Positions 24,700 to 33,382 of a DNA stretch of 41,280 bases are shown in pieces. The stretch comes from Thermoguttaceae bacterium. Its GTDB lineage: Bacteria > Planctomycetota > Planctomycetia > Pirellulales > Thermoguttaceae. Both the position numbers and the translations under genes were made by a program. Numbering within the stretch: position 1 is the stretch's first letter; each line of letters starts with the position of its first letter. The notes under the pieces were generated by a model. The model saw only the letters and a program-made list of their open reading frames with translations, was not told the DNA's origin and made no database searches. The stretch spans positions 1 to 41,280 of the forward strand of contig JAZUMX010000906.1 of assembly GCA_045603865.1 (NCBI GenBank), in the 5' to 3' direction.

Positions 24700-25866
24700 A
24701 TGAACGGAAACTTTACATTCCATAACCCGACAAGACTGCATTTCGGCGAGAACGCCATGGACGCTCTTGCTGACGAACTCAAAGCCTTTGGCCCCGTTGT
24801 TCAGCTGTGCTATGGCGGCGGGTCTATCAAAAAGAACGGCATTTACGACCAAGTCGTCAGCATTCTCAAGTCCGCGGACAAAACGATTGTCGAAGATGGA
24901 GGCGTCATGCCGAACCCGACGCTGGAAAAAATGCTTCACGGCGCGGCTCTTGCCAGAGAGAACAACGTCGATCTCATCCTCGCCGTCGGAGGCGGGTCTA
25001 CGATAGACTACGCCAAAGCCGTCAGCGTCTCTGCGTGGTGTGAAGAAGACCCGTGGGAGAAGTATTTTATTCGATTCGAGGAGCCAAGCTGCCGCATTAT
25101 TCCCGTCGGAGACGTTCTGACAATGGTCGGCACAGGCAGTGAAATGAACGGCGGCTCGGTTATCACCAACCACGCTGCGAATCTGAAAATCGGGAAAGTG
25201 TTCGGCCCTGACGTCTTCCCGAAGTTCGCGATTCTCAATCCCCGGTTTACGTTCAGCGTTCCGCGCCGTCAGATGGTTGCCGGGTTCTTTGACATCATGT
25301 GTCACATTCTGGAACAGTATCTCAGCGGCGAAGACGACTCCACCAGCGACTATATCGCAGAAGGGCTGATGCTTTCCCTGATTCATTCCTCGCGCATTGC
25401 CATTGAAAATCCGGAGGATTACGAAGCCCGCTCCAACATCATGTGGACGGCGACCTGGGCGCTCAATACGCTCATTGCGAAAGGCAAATCGACCGACTGG
25501 GAGGTTCACATGCTCGGGCAGGCGGTCAGCGCTCTGACGGACGCGACGCACGGAATGACGCTTTCGGCGGTTTCGCTCCCGTACTATCGTTTTATCATGC
25601 CTTACGGACTGAAGCGGTTTGTCCGCTTTGCTCAAAACGTCTGGGGCGTCAATCCGGACGGCAAGAGCGAGACGGAAATCGCCGAGGAAGGCTTGAAAGC
25701 TTTTGAAGCGTGGATGCGCGAGATCGGCGTTGCAATGAACATCACAGAACTGGGCGCGTCCGAGGCGATGCTGGATAAACTCGCCGACGCTACGCTCATT
25801 CTCAAAGGCGGATACAAAATCCTTACTCGAGATGAAATTCTTGCTATCTTCCGGGAAAGCCTGTAA
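24700..25866 (+). CDS. Iron-containing (group III) alcohol dehydrogenase, YqhD/BdhA-like
   Basis: FHNPTRLHFGENA, YGGGSIKKNG, AVGGGSTIDYAKA, a GTGSE block and His-rich metal motifs. Confidence 0.9.
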   Translation: MNGNFTFHNPTRLHFGENAMDALADELKAFGPVVQLCYGGGSIKKNGIYDQVVSILKSADKTIVEDGGVMPNPTLEKMLHGAALARENNVDLILAVGGGSTIDYAKAVSVSAWCEEDPWEKYFIRFEEPSCRIIPVGDVLTMVGTGSEMNGGSVITNHAANLKIGKVFGPDVFPKFAILNPRFTFSVPRRQMVAGFFDIMCHILEQYLSGEDDSTSDYIAEGLMLSLIHSSRIAIENPEDYEARSNIMWTATWALNTLIAKGKSTDWEVHMLGQAVSALTDATHGMTLSAVSLPYYRFIMPYGLKRFVRFAQNVWGVNPDGKSETEIAEEGLKAFEAWMREIGVAMNITELGASEAMLDKLADATLILKGGYKILTRDEILAIFRESL

Positions 25867-25880
25867 GATTTAATAAGAAG

Positions 25881-27431
25881 ATGACAACGCGACTGACAAC
25901 GAAATGGCTCTTGCTGGCGTTTACGTTCCTGACGTTGGCGCTGCCGGTATTCGCACTGGCGGACAGCGTCAGCGATCCAGCGAACGACCGCCAGGTGGGG
26001 CTGTTCTACTTTCTCTGGCTGGGCGAACATGGACGCCGAGGACCGTTTGACGTGTCGAAGATTCTGGAAGCCCATCCGGACGCCGGAGAGAATCCGGACA
26101 ATCCGGCATGGGGACCGATTGGCGCGTTTCATCACTGGGGCGAGCCGCTTTACGGATACTATTTCTCCGATGACGAATGGGTTGTTCGTCGTCACGTGAA
26201 GCTGCTTATGCAGTGCGATATCGACTTCCTTTTCTTCGACGTAACGAATTCCGCCATCTACGAGAAGAACGCCAAGCTCGTCATGAGCGTTTTGAAGGAA
26301 TACCACGATGCGGGCTGGAATCCGCCGAAAGTGATGTTCTATACAAACGCTGGTTCTGGCAGAACTGTTGAACGGTTGTATGAGGCAATCTACAAGCCCG
26401 GCTTCGCGAAAGAGGTTTGGTTCAAGCTGGACGGGAAGCCTGTCATTGTCGCGAAGAAAGAGCAATGCTCCGATGAAATGAAGGAGTTTTTCACCATCGT
26501 AAAACCGCAGTGGCCCAACGAGGGATCCAAAAAAGGGGGCTGGCCGTGGATGGATTTCAGACGTCCGCAGCGTCTTTTTGAAGGAGAGGACGTTGCGAAA
26601 AACGTGATGAACGTTTCCGTCGCGCAGCATCCGCAGCTTCGATTTGGCGACAGCGTCCTATACGGCGAAACCGGGAACCGCGGGCGGGCGTTCCATAACG
26701 GCGCGAACGACCCGGCGCCGGACGCGTGGAAGAAGGGATACAATTTCCAGGAACAGTGGGACGCAGCGTTCGAGGCGAAGCCCGACATTGTTCTTGTAAC
26801 AGGCTGGAACGAATGGATCGCCGGTCGCTATCACGGGCAGCCCAACCGTCCTGTCATGTTCGTCGACTGCGCGAATTATGAGTATTCCCGCGACATCGAG
26901 ATGATGCGCGGCGGCTACGGCGACAATTACTTCCTCCAGCTTCGCGAAAACGTCCGGAAGTTCAAGGGAATCTCGGACAACCCTGAGCCGAATCCGCCCA
27001 ACGTCCGTAAACGATACCGTTGTTTTGCGGATTCCGCCATGCCGCGCGACCATGACGGCTACGGGACTCGTTACGTCAACCGGACTCAGCGCAACGCCCC
27101 GGAATGGATTGACGTCATGCACGATCAGCAAATCGTTACATTTATCGTCAAGACTCAAAAGCCCATTGTCGGCAAAGACGGCGAGGGAGACTTCATGCAG
27201 ATTCTCGTCAACGGCAACGCCGTCAACGGGCAGGGCGAGATGAAAATCGACGGAGACGTCATGACGCTTACCGTTCCGCGCAACGCGCTGGGGCTTGCGT
27301 CTGACTCGTTCCGCTTCGAGTTTAAGTTTGTAGATTCAACCGAGCCGTGCCGCGATCCGCTCGACTGGTACGATCACGGCGTTGTAGAGCCGCTGGGACG
27401 GGTTGCGTTTGTATATAAGGGAAGGCAATAG
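25881..27431 (+). CDS. Secreted hypothetical protein, possibly glycoside-hydrolase-like
   Basis: Signal peptide LLLAFTFLTLALPVFALA. FYFLWLGEHG...HHWGEPLYGYYFSDDEWVVRRH...IDFLFFDVTN resembles TIM-barrel glycosidase-like families. The family is not identified. Confidence 0.7.
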   Translation: MTTRLTTKWLLLAFTFLTLALPVFALADSVSDPANDRQVGLFYFLWLGEHGRRGPFDVSKILEAHPDAGENPDNPAWGPIGAFHHWGEPLYGYYFSDDEWVVRRHVKLLMQCDIDFLFFDVTNSAIYEKNAKLVMSVLKEYHDAGWNPPKVMFYTNAGSGRTVERLYEAIYKPGFAKEVWFKLDGKPVIVAKKEQCSDEMKEFFTIVKPQWPNEGSKKGGWPWMDFRRPQRLFEGEDVAKNVMNVSVAQHPQLRFGDSVLYGETGNRGRAFHNGANDPAPDAWKKGYNFQEQWDAAFEAKPDIVLVTGWNEWIAGRYHGQPNRPVMFVDCANYEYSRDIEMMRGGYGDNYFLQLRENVRKFKGISDNPEPNPPNVRKRYRCFADSAMPRDHDGYGTRYVNRTQRNAPEWIDVMHDQQIVTFIVKTQKPIVGKDGEGDFMQILVNGNAVNGQGEMKIDGDVMTLTVPRNALGLASDSFRFEFKFVDSTEPCRDPLDWYDHGVVEPLGRVAFVYKGRQ

Positions 27432-27436
27432 AAATA

Positions 27437-27498
27437 GTTCGCCTAACGGCGAATGCGTAATTCCGCTCCCGCTGGTCGCTTCATTACCGCCTTCCATT
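27437..27498. repeat. Single 62-nt REP-like unit filling a convergent gene gap
   Basis: Its reverse complement matches 13454-13515 at roughly 85-90% by eye. It overlaps the acpS stop codon by 2 nt. Confidence 0.85.
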
Positions 27499-27907
27499 AT
27501 TCAATTATCTCACTGTAGACTTCGTCGCCCTGTATGATTATTGCTGTTGCGGTCGCGTATTCTTTGCAGTGTGACATAGTAATGAGAAAATCGCAGAGGT
27601 TTTGTTCTCGGGCGATTTCCAGAACGCGTCCGCCGATAAAAACAACAGGTCTTCCGGACAGCAGATTGCGAATTTCCAGATCGCGCCATTTGATTCCGTC
27701 AGCATAGCCGGTTCCCAGCGCTTTGAGAATTGCCTCTTTAGCGCTCCATCGGGCGGCAAAGTTTTCGTTTGAATTTTTATGTCCTTCGCAGTAACGGATT
27801 TCCAGCTCTGTAAACGTCAGATTTTTAAAAGAATCGCCATGGCGGGCAAGCATATCCGCAACGCGAGAGATTTCCGTTATATCAGTACCGATTCCGTAAA
27901 CGTTCAT
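27497..27907 (-). CDS. acpS: Holo-[acyl-carrier-protein] synthase
   Basis: GIGTDITEISRV, ARWSAKEAILKALGTG. Size 136 aa. Confidence 0.9.
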   Translation of the reverse strand: MNVYGIGTDITEISRVADMLARHGDSFKNLTFTELEIRYCEGHKNSNENFAARWSAKEAILKALGTGYADGIKWRDLEIRNLLSGRPVVFIGGRVLEIAREQNLCDFLITMSHCKEYATATAIIIQGDEVYSEIIE

Positions 27908-27931
27908 GGTTTGTATTTAATGAGAAAAAAC

Positions 27932-27991
27932 AAGTTGCGAGAAACGAAAGCGGTGAACAAACTCGCAACTCGTTACTCGCAACTCGCAACT
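27932..27991. repeat. Hairpin plus heptamer array (ACTCGCA x4) between the Cys-rich gene and acpS
   Basis: agttgcgag (27933-27941) pairs with ctcgcaact (27963-27971). Array actcgca actcgtt actcgca actcgca (27961-27988). Confidence 0.75.
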
Positions 27992-28023
27992 ATAATCCGT
28001 TTTCCCAAATTTTCTTTTTTTAA

Positions 28024-29025
28024 TTAACGCGCAGTTCGTTTGACAGCAGCCGACTTCCACTGATTTGAAGAGTTCGGCAGAACCGGGGCGTAGGAATCGC
28101 CGCCGGCTTTAATTGTCGCCTGAGCGGATACAACTTCGTCAGAGACGATGACGGCTCCCGGAGGAAGTTGATTCATGATGTCATTAGGAACGTTGACGTT
28201 ATTGGGCTGAGCAGGAGCGTAGGTTCTCTGAACCGGCTGCTGATACTGAATCTGCTGGATCGGACCGTTGGGGGACTTCGCAGCGCGGTACGTTGTTGGA
28301 TTCTGAACCGCCGCCTGACGATTCTGGCTGCAATTTCGGCAGTTAGAAGTTGACGTTCCGGGAGCGGGAGCCGGGGTCGGCTGAATTACCTGCGGACGTC
28401 CGGGAGCGGGGCGAGTCGCCGGAGTTGGAGCGGCGGAATCCATAATAACTTCGCCGTCCATGCCGCCTTCGTAAATCATGCCGTCACCGTATCCATAACC
28501 AAATCCGCCATCACAGCTGGAGCAGCCAGAATTGCATCCGATAGTTCCTCGGCAGGCAGTAGCGCCGCAAGCGCGAGAAGAACACGGTCCTGCATAGTTG
28601 TTAAAGCAGCACTGGTCGGGGCAGGGCGGGTCGCTCCATTCACCCCAGTAGATTTGACTGCAGCCTGTGTTGGGCCAATAACCAACAGCGCACATCCAAA
28701 GCTCTTCCACAACGCGGAACGGAAGGGAAACGATCGTCAGCAGCGGGCAGCACGGATAACCATAGTAGCCCGTAAAGCACGGTTCGCAAGAGTTCGGACC
28801 ACAAACCGGACCGCAAACCGGACCGCATGCTCCGCCATAGCAGCCGCCAACTCCGCAAGGAGTAAACAGGTCGCTCGACGTTGCCGCCGTTGCCGGGCAG
28901 GAGTCGCACGCGCCGCCGTAAGGACCGCAGGGAGCGCAATTATAACCGTACGGGCCAAAGCAGCAGCAACCCGTCAGGAAGGACGCGATACTAATAATCG
29001 CTGTCAATGTGATGATTCGTTTCAT
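28024..29025 (-). CDS. Cys/Gly/Pro-rich lipoprotein with a Pro/Gln/Ala-rich C-terminal tail (hypothetical)
   Basis: Lipobox LTGC. About 29 Cys by my count. Repeated CGP motifs (GACGPVCGPVCGPNSCEPC). RBS aagagg. Confidence 0.75.
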   Translation of the reverse strand: MKRIITLTAIISIASFLTGCCCFGPYGYNCAPCGPYGGACDSCPATAATSSDLFTPCGVGGCYGGACGPVCGPVCGPNSCEPCFTGYYGYPCCPLLTIVSLPFRVVEELWMCAVGYWPNTGCSQIYWGEWSDPPCPDQCCFNNYAGPCSSRACGATACRGTIGCNSGCSSCDGGFGYGYGDGMIYEGGMDGEVIMDSAAPTPATRPAPGRPQVIQPTPAPAPGTSTSNCRNCSQNRQAAVQNPTTYRAAKSPNGPIQQIQYQQPVQRTYAPAQPNNVNVPNDIMNQLPPGAVIVSDEVVSAQATIKAGGDSYAPVLPNSSNQWKSAAVKRTAR

Positions 29026-29239
29026 AGTGGAAAACCTCTTTCTTTTGGGTTGAACGACAAATTCCTTTTGACGTTCAAAAACGGATTGTAAATTCTATTT
29101 GGTTTACTGGTTTCCTCACAGCAAGAGGAACCAATTACTGTTATCGTCCGCATAATCGACAAAATTGAGAAAATCATCAAAAAAATAATTGTTTCGTTAG
29201 ATTACCCAAATTAACGGAAGTTTAGAGGTAATTAATTAA

Positions 29240-29315
29240 GTGCATAGTGCATAGTAAATAGCTCTAAGAATAAATAATTACTCCCTACTCCCTATTCCCT
29301 ATTCCCTACTGCCTA
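29240..29315. repeat. Two abutting heptamer arrays (GNNNATA x5, then YTCCCTA x5)
   Basis: gtgcata gtgcata gtaaata gctctaa gaataaa, then ctcccta ctcccta ttcccta ttcccta ctgccta (29281-29315). Confidence 0.8.
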
Positions 29316-29428
29316 AACCCAACCCGATAATTTCTTAAAATTTTGATATTTTTCCCTTTCTCCCCTCGACTTTTATTAAAGATTGCTATATAATGAGGGC
29401 AAAATAAGCGTCTACAGCGCCATTTGCA

Positions 29429-29521
29429 GTGGTTCGCGGTTAGTTTTTAGTAGTTAGGACGCAAGCGCATCATCAAAACTAACCACTTGCCACTAATTTC
29501 TTACCACTTACCCCTTTATTA
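29429..29521. repeat. Inverted heptamer arrays (GNNGTTA / TAACCAC-like) ending 2 nt before the start codon at 29524
   Basis: gtggttc gcggtta gttttta gtagtta against taaccac ttgccac taatttc ttaccac ttacccc. ggttagtttt pairs with aaaactaacc, and agtgg with ccact. Confidence 0.8.
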
Positions 29522-29523
29522 TC

Positions 29524-31353
29524 ATGAAACGCATTGTTTTGTTGTTGACCCTTGCTGCAGCAGTCGTTTCGTCCTTTTCGGTACAGGGCGAAGAAACGCC
29601 GCGGTATTTAGGTCCATGCTCGATTTGTCAGAGTTCAGACGGAGCTTTTCTGTTTGTTGTTAATATGGACGGCAAGTCCGTAAGCAAAGTAGATTTGGCA
29701 GGAAAGAGCGTTGCCGCTGAATTTCCCACTCCAGCGACGCCTACAGGAATTGCCATATCTAAAGACGACAAAACGCTTTACGTTACCGTAACCCGTCCGG
29801 AAGGCGAATTGCTGGTCATGTCGGCAGAAAACGGCGCTGTCGAAAAGACGATCGCCGTCGGGCACACACCGTGCTCTCCGTGCTTAACTCCTGACGGCAA
29901 ACGCGTTTACGTCTGCAACCAGTTCAACAACAACGTTTCCGTCGTCGACCTGGAACAGGGTAAAGAAATCGCTAAAGTCGGAGTCGTTCGCGAACCGGTT
30001 TCCTGCGACATAACTCCTGATGGCAAAACGGTTTTTGTTGCCAATTTTATTCCAAACGATCGCGCTGACGGCTACGACGTGGCGTCGGAAATCGGCGTTA
30101 TCGACACGGCAACCAATACCGCGACGTCAATTCGTCTGATTAACGGCTGTTCGTCCGTTCATGAAATTCGCGTCTCGCCAGACGGCAAATACGCTTACGC
30201 AACCAATATTCTGGCTCGATACCAGATGCCAACCACTCAGGTGGAACGCGGCTGGATGAACACCAACGCCCTGGCAATTATAGACGTCGAAGCCAAAAAG
30301 CTGGTCAACGTCGTTCTTCTGGACGACATCGACCTTGGCGCCGCCAACCCGTACGGAATCGCGTTTACGCCGGACTCCAAAACGCTGCTGGTAACTCATT
30401 CCGGAACTTCTGAAATGAGCATTATCGACAACGAAAAAATGATTGAAAAACTCTTGGCGATGCCGGAAAAGACCACCGAAAACGCCGGAATTTATACGGC
30501 GGCGACTGCGGCTGACGTTCCCAACGACCTCTCGTTTTTGGTTGGAATGAGAAACCGCGTCCGACTCAAGGGCGTTGCGCCTCGATCAATTGTTGTAACA
30601 GACAACAAAGCCTATACGCCGCTGTATTTCTCGGATGAAATCGACATTGTCAATTTGCGTTCCAAACGCTGCACCGGTAAAATCGAATTGGGACCGCAGC
30701 AGGAAATGAGTAAAGTTCGCAAAGGTCAGATGTTCTTCGGCGACGCCTCGCTGTGTTTCCAGCAATGGCAGTCTTGCGCGACTTGCCATCCCAACGCCCG
30801 CGTTGACGCCCTCAACTGGGACTTGATGAACGACGGCATGGGCAACCCGAAAAACGCCAAATCTCTGTTCCGCTCAGACAAAACCCCGCCGACCATGATT
30901 TCCGGAATTCGTCCTGACCATCATGCCTGCGTCCGCAAGGGAATTCAGTTTATTCAGTTCGCCGTTCGACCGGAAGAAGACGCTCAGTGCATCGACGAAT
31001 TCATCGAAGCCATGGAAGCCGTTCCCAGCCCGTATCTGGTTAACGGCAAGCTGTCCGAAAAAGCCCAGAAAGGCAAAGAAGTATTCAAAAAAGCCAAGTG
31101 CGACGTCTGCCACGGCGGAGAATACTACACCGACATGCAAATGCACAACGTCAAAACCCGCGCAGAATTCGACCAGCGAGACGATTGGGATACGCCCACG
31201 CTGCTGGAAGTTTGGAGAACGGCTCCGTATCTTCACGACGGTCGCTACGTTACCATGAAAGAACTTTTCGTAGAAGGAAAGCACGAACTTCAGGACGTCC
31301 AGCTTACAGAAGAAGAAATTGAAGCTCTTTGCGAATACGTTCTGTCTCTGTAA
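29524..31353 (+). CDS. YVTN-type beta-propeller fused to a di-haem cytochrome c peroxidase (CCP/MauG)-like domain
   Basis: Signal peptide. Repeated DGK..YV.N blades. Haem motifs CATCH and CDVCH. CCP-family signature WRTAPYLHDG. Confidence 0.88.
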   Translation: MKRIVLLLTLAAAVVSSFSVQGEETPRYLGPCSICQSSDGAFLFVVNMDGKSVSKVDLAGKSVAAEFPTPATPTGIAISKDDKTLYVTVTRPEGELLVMSAENGAVEKTIAVGHTPCSPCLTPDGKRVYVCNQFNNNVSVVDLEQGKEIAKVGVVREPVSCDITPDGKTVFVANFIPNDRADGYDVASEIGVIDTATNTATSIRLINGCSSVHEIRVSPDGKYAYATNILARYQMPTTQVERGWMNTNALAIIDVEAKKLVNVVLLDDIDLGAANPYGIAFTPDSKTLLVTHSGTSEMSIIDNEKMIEKLLAMPEKTTENAGIYTAATAADVPNDLSFLVGMRNRVRLKGVAPRSIVVTDNKAYTPLYFSDEIDIVNLRSKRCTGKIELGPQQEMSKVRKGQMFFGDASLCFQQWQSCATCHPNARVDALNWDLMNDGMGNPKNAKSLFRSDKTPPTMISGIRPDHHACVRKGIQFIQFAVRPEEDAQCIDEFIEAMEAVPSPYLVNGKLSEKAQKGKEVFKKAKCDVCHGGEYYTDMQMHNVKTRAEFDQRDDWDTPTLLEVWRTAPYLHDGRYVTMKELFVEGKHELQDVQLTEEEIEALCEYVLSL

Positions 31354-31372
31354 ATGACGTATTTATAACAAA

Positions 31373-31418
31373 CAAAAAAACGGCGAGAGGATTTAATCTT
31401 CTCGCCGTTATTGTTTTT
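31373..31418. terminator. Bidirectional rho-independent terminator
   Basis: aaaaaaacggcgaga...tctcgccgttattgttttt: a 10-bp stem flanked by an A-run and a T-run, between convergent genes. Confidence 0.85.
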
Positions 31419-31435
31419 CGTTATCTTGAACGCTG

Positions 31436-32890
31436 TTACCAGGCGTATTCCATTGACAAGGTCAAGCCTTGCATGAATTCAGTGGTGTCGTTATCGATTG
31501 CATATCGATCATTGACGCCCTGAGCGATCTGGCTTGTTGCCTGAGCAACGCCTGTAATCCACATAACGTTGTACTGGAAACGCCCTGTCCAACGCTTGCT
31601 GAATCGATAGTTCACCCAAAGGCCAACGTCTGCCAAACCTGCCAGCTGTCCCTCAGCGGCTTTTACGGAGCCTTCTGTCCATGAAGCGTTATACGTACGA
31701 TCTGACCAGTTATACAACGGAGCGATTTTTCCGTTTATACCCCAGTTCCACATACAGTGTTGATCAATCAGCTCCACGCCAACCTGGAAACCAAGCATAT
31801 TGTTGTCAGTTTCGCAATCTAAAGAGTATCCCTCTGTAAGATTGCTCAAAAGACCATAATCGTTTTGATCGAAGTATCGAATACCGACAAGCATGTTTCC
31901 GCTCCAACCCTGACGGCATTGTCTTTGAACGCGTCCGTTGGGAAGGTAAACCATACGATCGTGGAGCGTTCCACGCGGCTGAACTCGAAGATTAAGCTCA
32001 AAGGAATTGACTCTGGAACGAACTTTGTATTCCATTTCGTCAACAACTTGCTCGTCATCTTCGTTCAGACCATAAAACAGATACCGGTTGGTCATGTTCC
32101 ATTCGTTAAGTCCCCAATATTCAAATTCGAGGAAGAAATTGACGTTCTTGGCATTGCGGCCTAAATAACGTTTTGCTCGAATATCCAAACCGGCGGAAAT
32201 ATCAAATGACGTGTCCTTTTCAACTGTATATCCTTGTATTGTTGAAACGCTGCTGACATATCCTAAAATTTCAGGAATTGCTCGAATATATTCTGGAGCT
32301 TCTCGATGAAGGATTTTGGTTCCAATTTCAAAAGACCAAAGTTTCGGATTGCCATATCCGCCGCCGCAAAGCTGACATCCCGGGCTGTTAAGAATCGTAT
32401 CTCCCGCCGCGCCTTTCGGTCCGGAAGGCTGCAAAGTGCGAGGATCTATTTTTTCCGGTCCGCTGTTAGGCATCCCTCCCATTGGTTGAGGAAGAATTCC
32501 AGGGGAATATTCATCAAAATCGTATTTGGGATTGCCATAACGGTCTGTCGTACGAACGTAATAGTCGCCGCGTTTTTCAAAAGGACCGGTGGGATTGATG
32601 GCTACAGCAGGATCTGTTGTAATATTATTTGTATGAGTAAAATCCTCAGGCTCGGTTACGACGGTATCATAGCTTGCTGCCACAGTTCCCGACGGAACAG
32701 CCGTTTGAGCTGCTGGGGTTGGAGGAGCGTTGTAGTCATAATAGACGCCGCCTTCAACCGGAATAGCCGGTACGCCTTGCCCATAAATGGCAGCTCCGCT
32801 ACTGGTAAATGCGACTATAATTGCCAAGATGGTCGGCATTTTTCGTACGCGGGCAGCTATGCGCTTATACCATTGGTTCACAGATTTCAC
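31436..32890 (-). CDS. Putative outer-membrane beta-barrel protein (BBP7-like)
   Basis: GTG start with a ggagga RBS. Signal-like N-terminus. Alternating aromatic/hydrophilic strands. C-terminal ...LTLSMEYAW. Confidence 0.75.
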   Translation of the reverse strand: MKSVNQWYKRIAARVRKMPTILAIIVAFTSSGAAIYGQGVPAIPVEGGVYYDYNAPPTPAAQTAVPSGTVAASYDTVVTEPEDFTHTNNITTDPAVAINPTGPFEKRGDYYVRTTDRYGNPKYDFDEYSPGILPQPMGGMPNSGPEKIDPRTLQPSGPKGAAGDTILNSPGCQLCGGGYGNPKLWSFEIGTKILHREAPEYIRAIPEILGYVSSVSTIQGYTVEKDTSFDISAGLDIRAKRYLGRNAKNVNFFLEFEYWGLNEWNMTNRYLFYGLNEDDEQVVDEMEYKVRSRVNSFELNLRVQPRGTLHDRMVYLPNGRVQRQCRQGWSGNMLVGIRYFDQNDYGLLSNLTEGYSLDCETDNNMLGFQVGVELIDQHCMWNWGINGKIAPLYNWSDRTYNASWTEGSVKAAEGQLAGLADVGLWVNYRFSKRWTGRFQYNVMWITGVAQATSQIAQGVNDRYAIDNDTTEFMQGLTLSMEYAW

Positions 32891-33120
32891 GGTTTATCCT
32901 CCATAATAAATTGTCTGCTGGCAATTTGATTGCTTTCCAGGTGCAGACAACCGTCAAATGAAATACTTCTGGATATAAAAATCCAGTTCTATATTTGTTT
33001 CATCGACATTTTAACTTCCAGAAAATAGAAATATCCAAAAAATAATTCCAAAAATCATCTAAAATTCGATTTTACATGCTTGTTGCATTTTACCTATCCT
33101 CTACTGCTTTTCTATTATTA

Positions 33121-33150
33121 ACTCCTCACTCCTAACGCCTCACTCCTAAC
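33121..33150. repeat. Heptamer array (ACTCCTM x4)
   Basis: actcctc actccta acgcctc actccta ac. Confidence 0.7.
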
Positions 33151-33382
33151 TTTTCAGGCGCCCCCCCTCGAAAGAAATCGTTATTTCTGCTAAAATACTC
33201 AATAATATATATGGAGTTGAAAACGGCTTTTGATTCAAGCAGAATATTAATAACGAAGAATGTTCTTCCTAATCAAACGCTGTCAGTCGTTGACGAATCG
33301 TAAGTAATACATTGCCCATATTCCCATTAACCGCTGCGAGAACGCAGTTCGGCGCACGCCATTTTAATTATCCACAAAAACC

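Noticed and set aside
24613-26630. Two long minus-strand ORFs (340 aa and 332 aa) opposite the alcohol dehydrogenase and the secreted protein
   Set aside because: Both are antisense to genes with strong family motifs or signal peptides. They are Arg-rich and low in complexity, with no RBS or start context.
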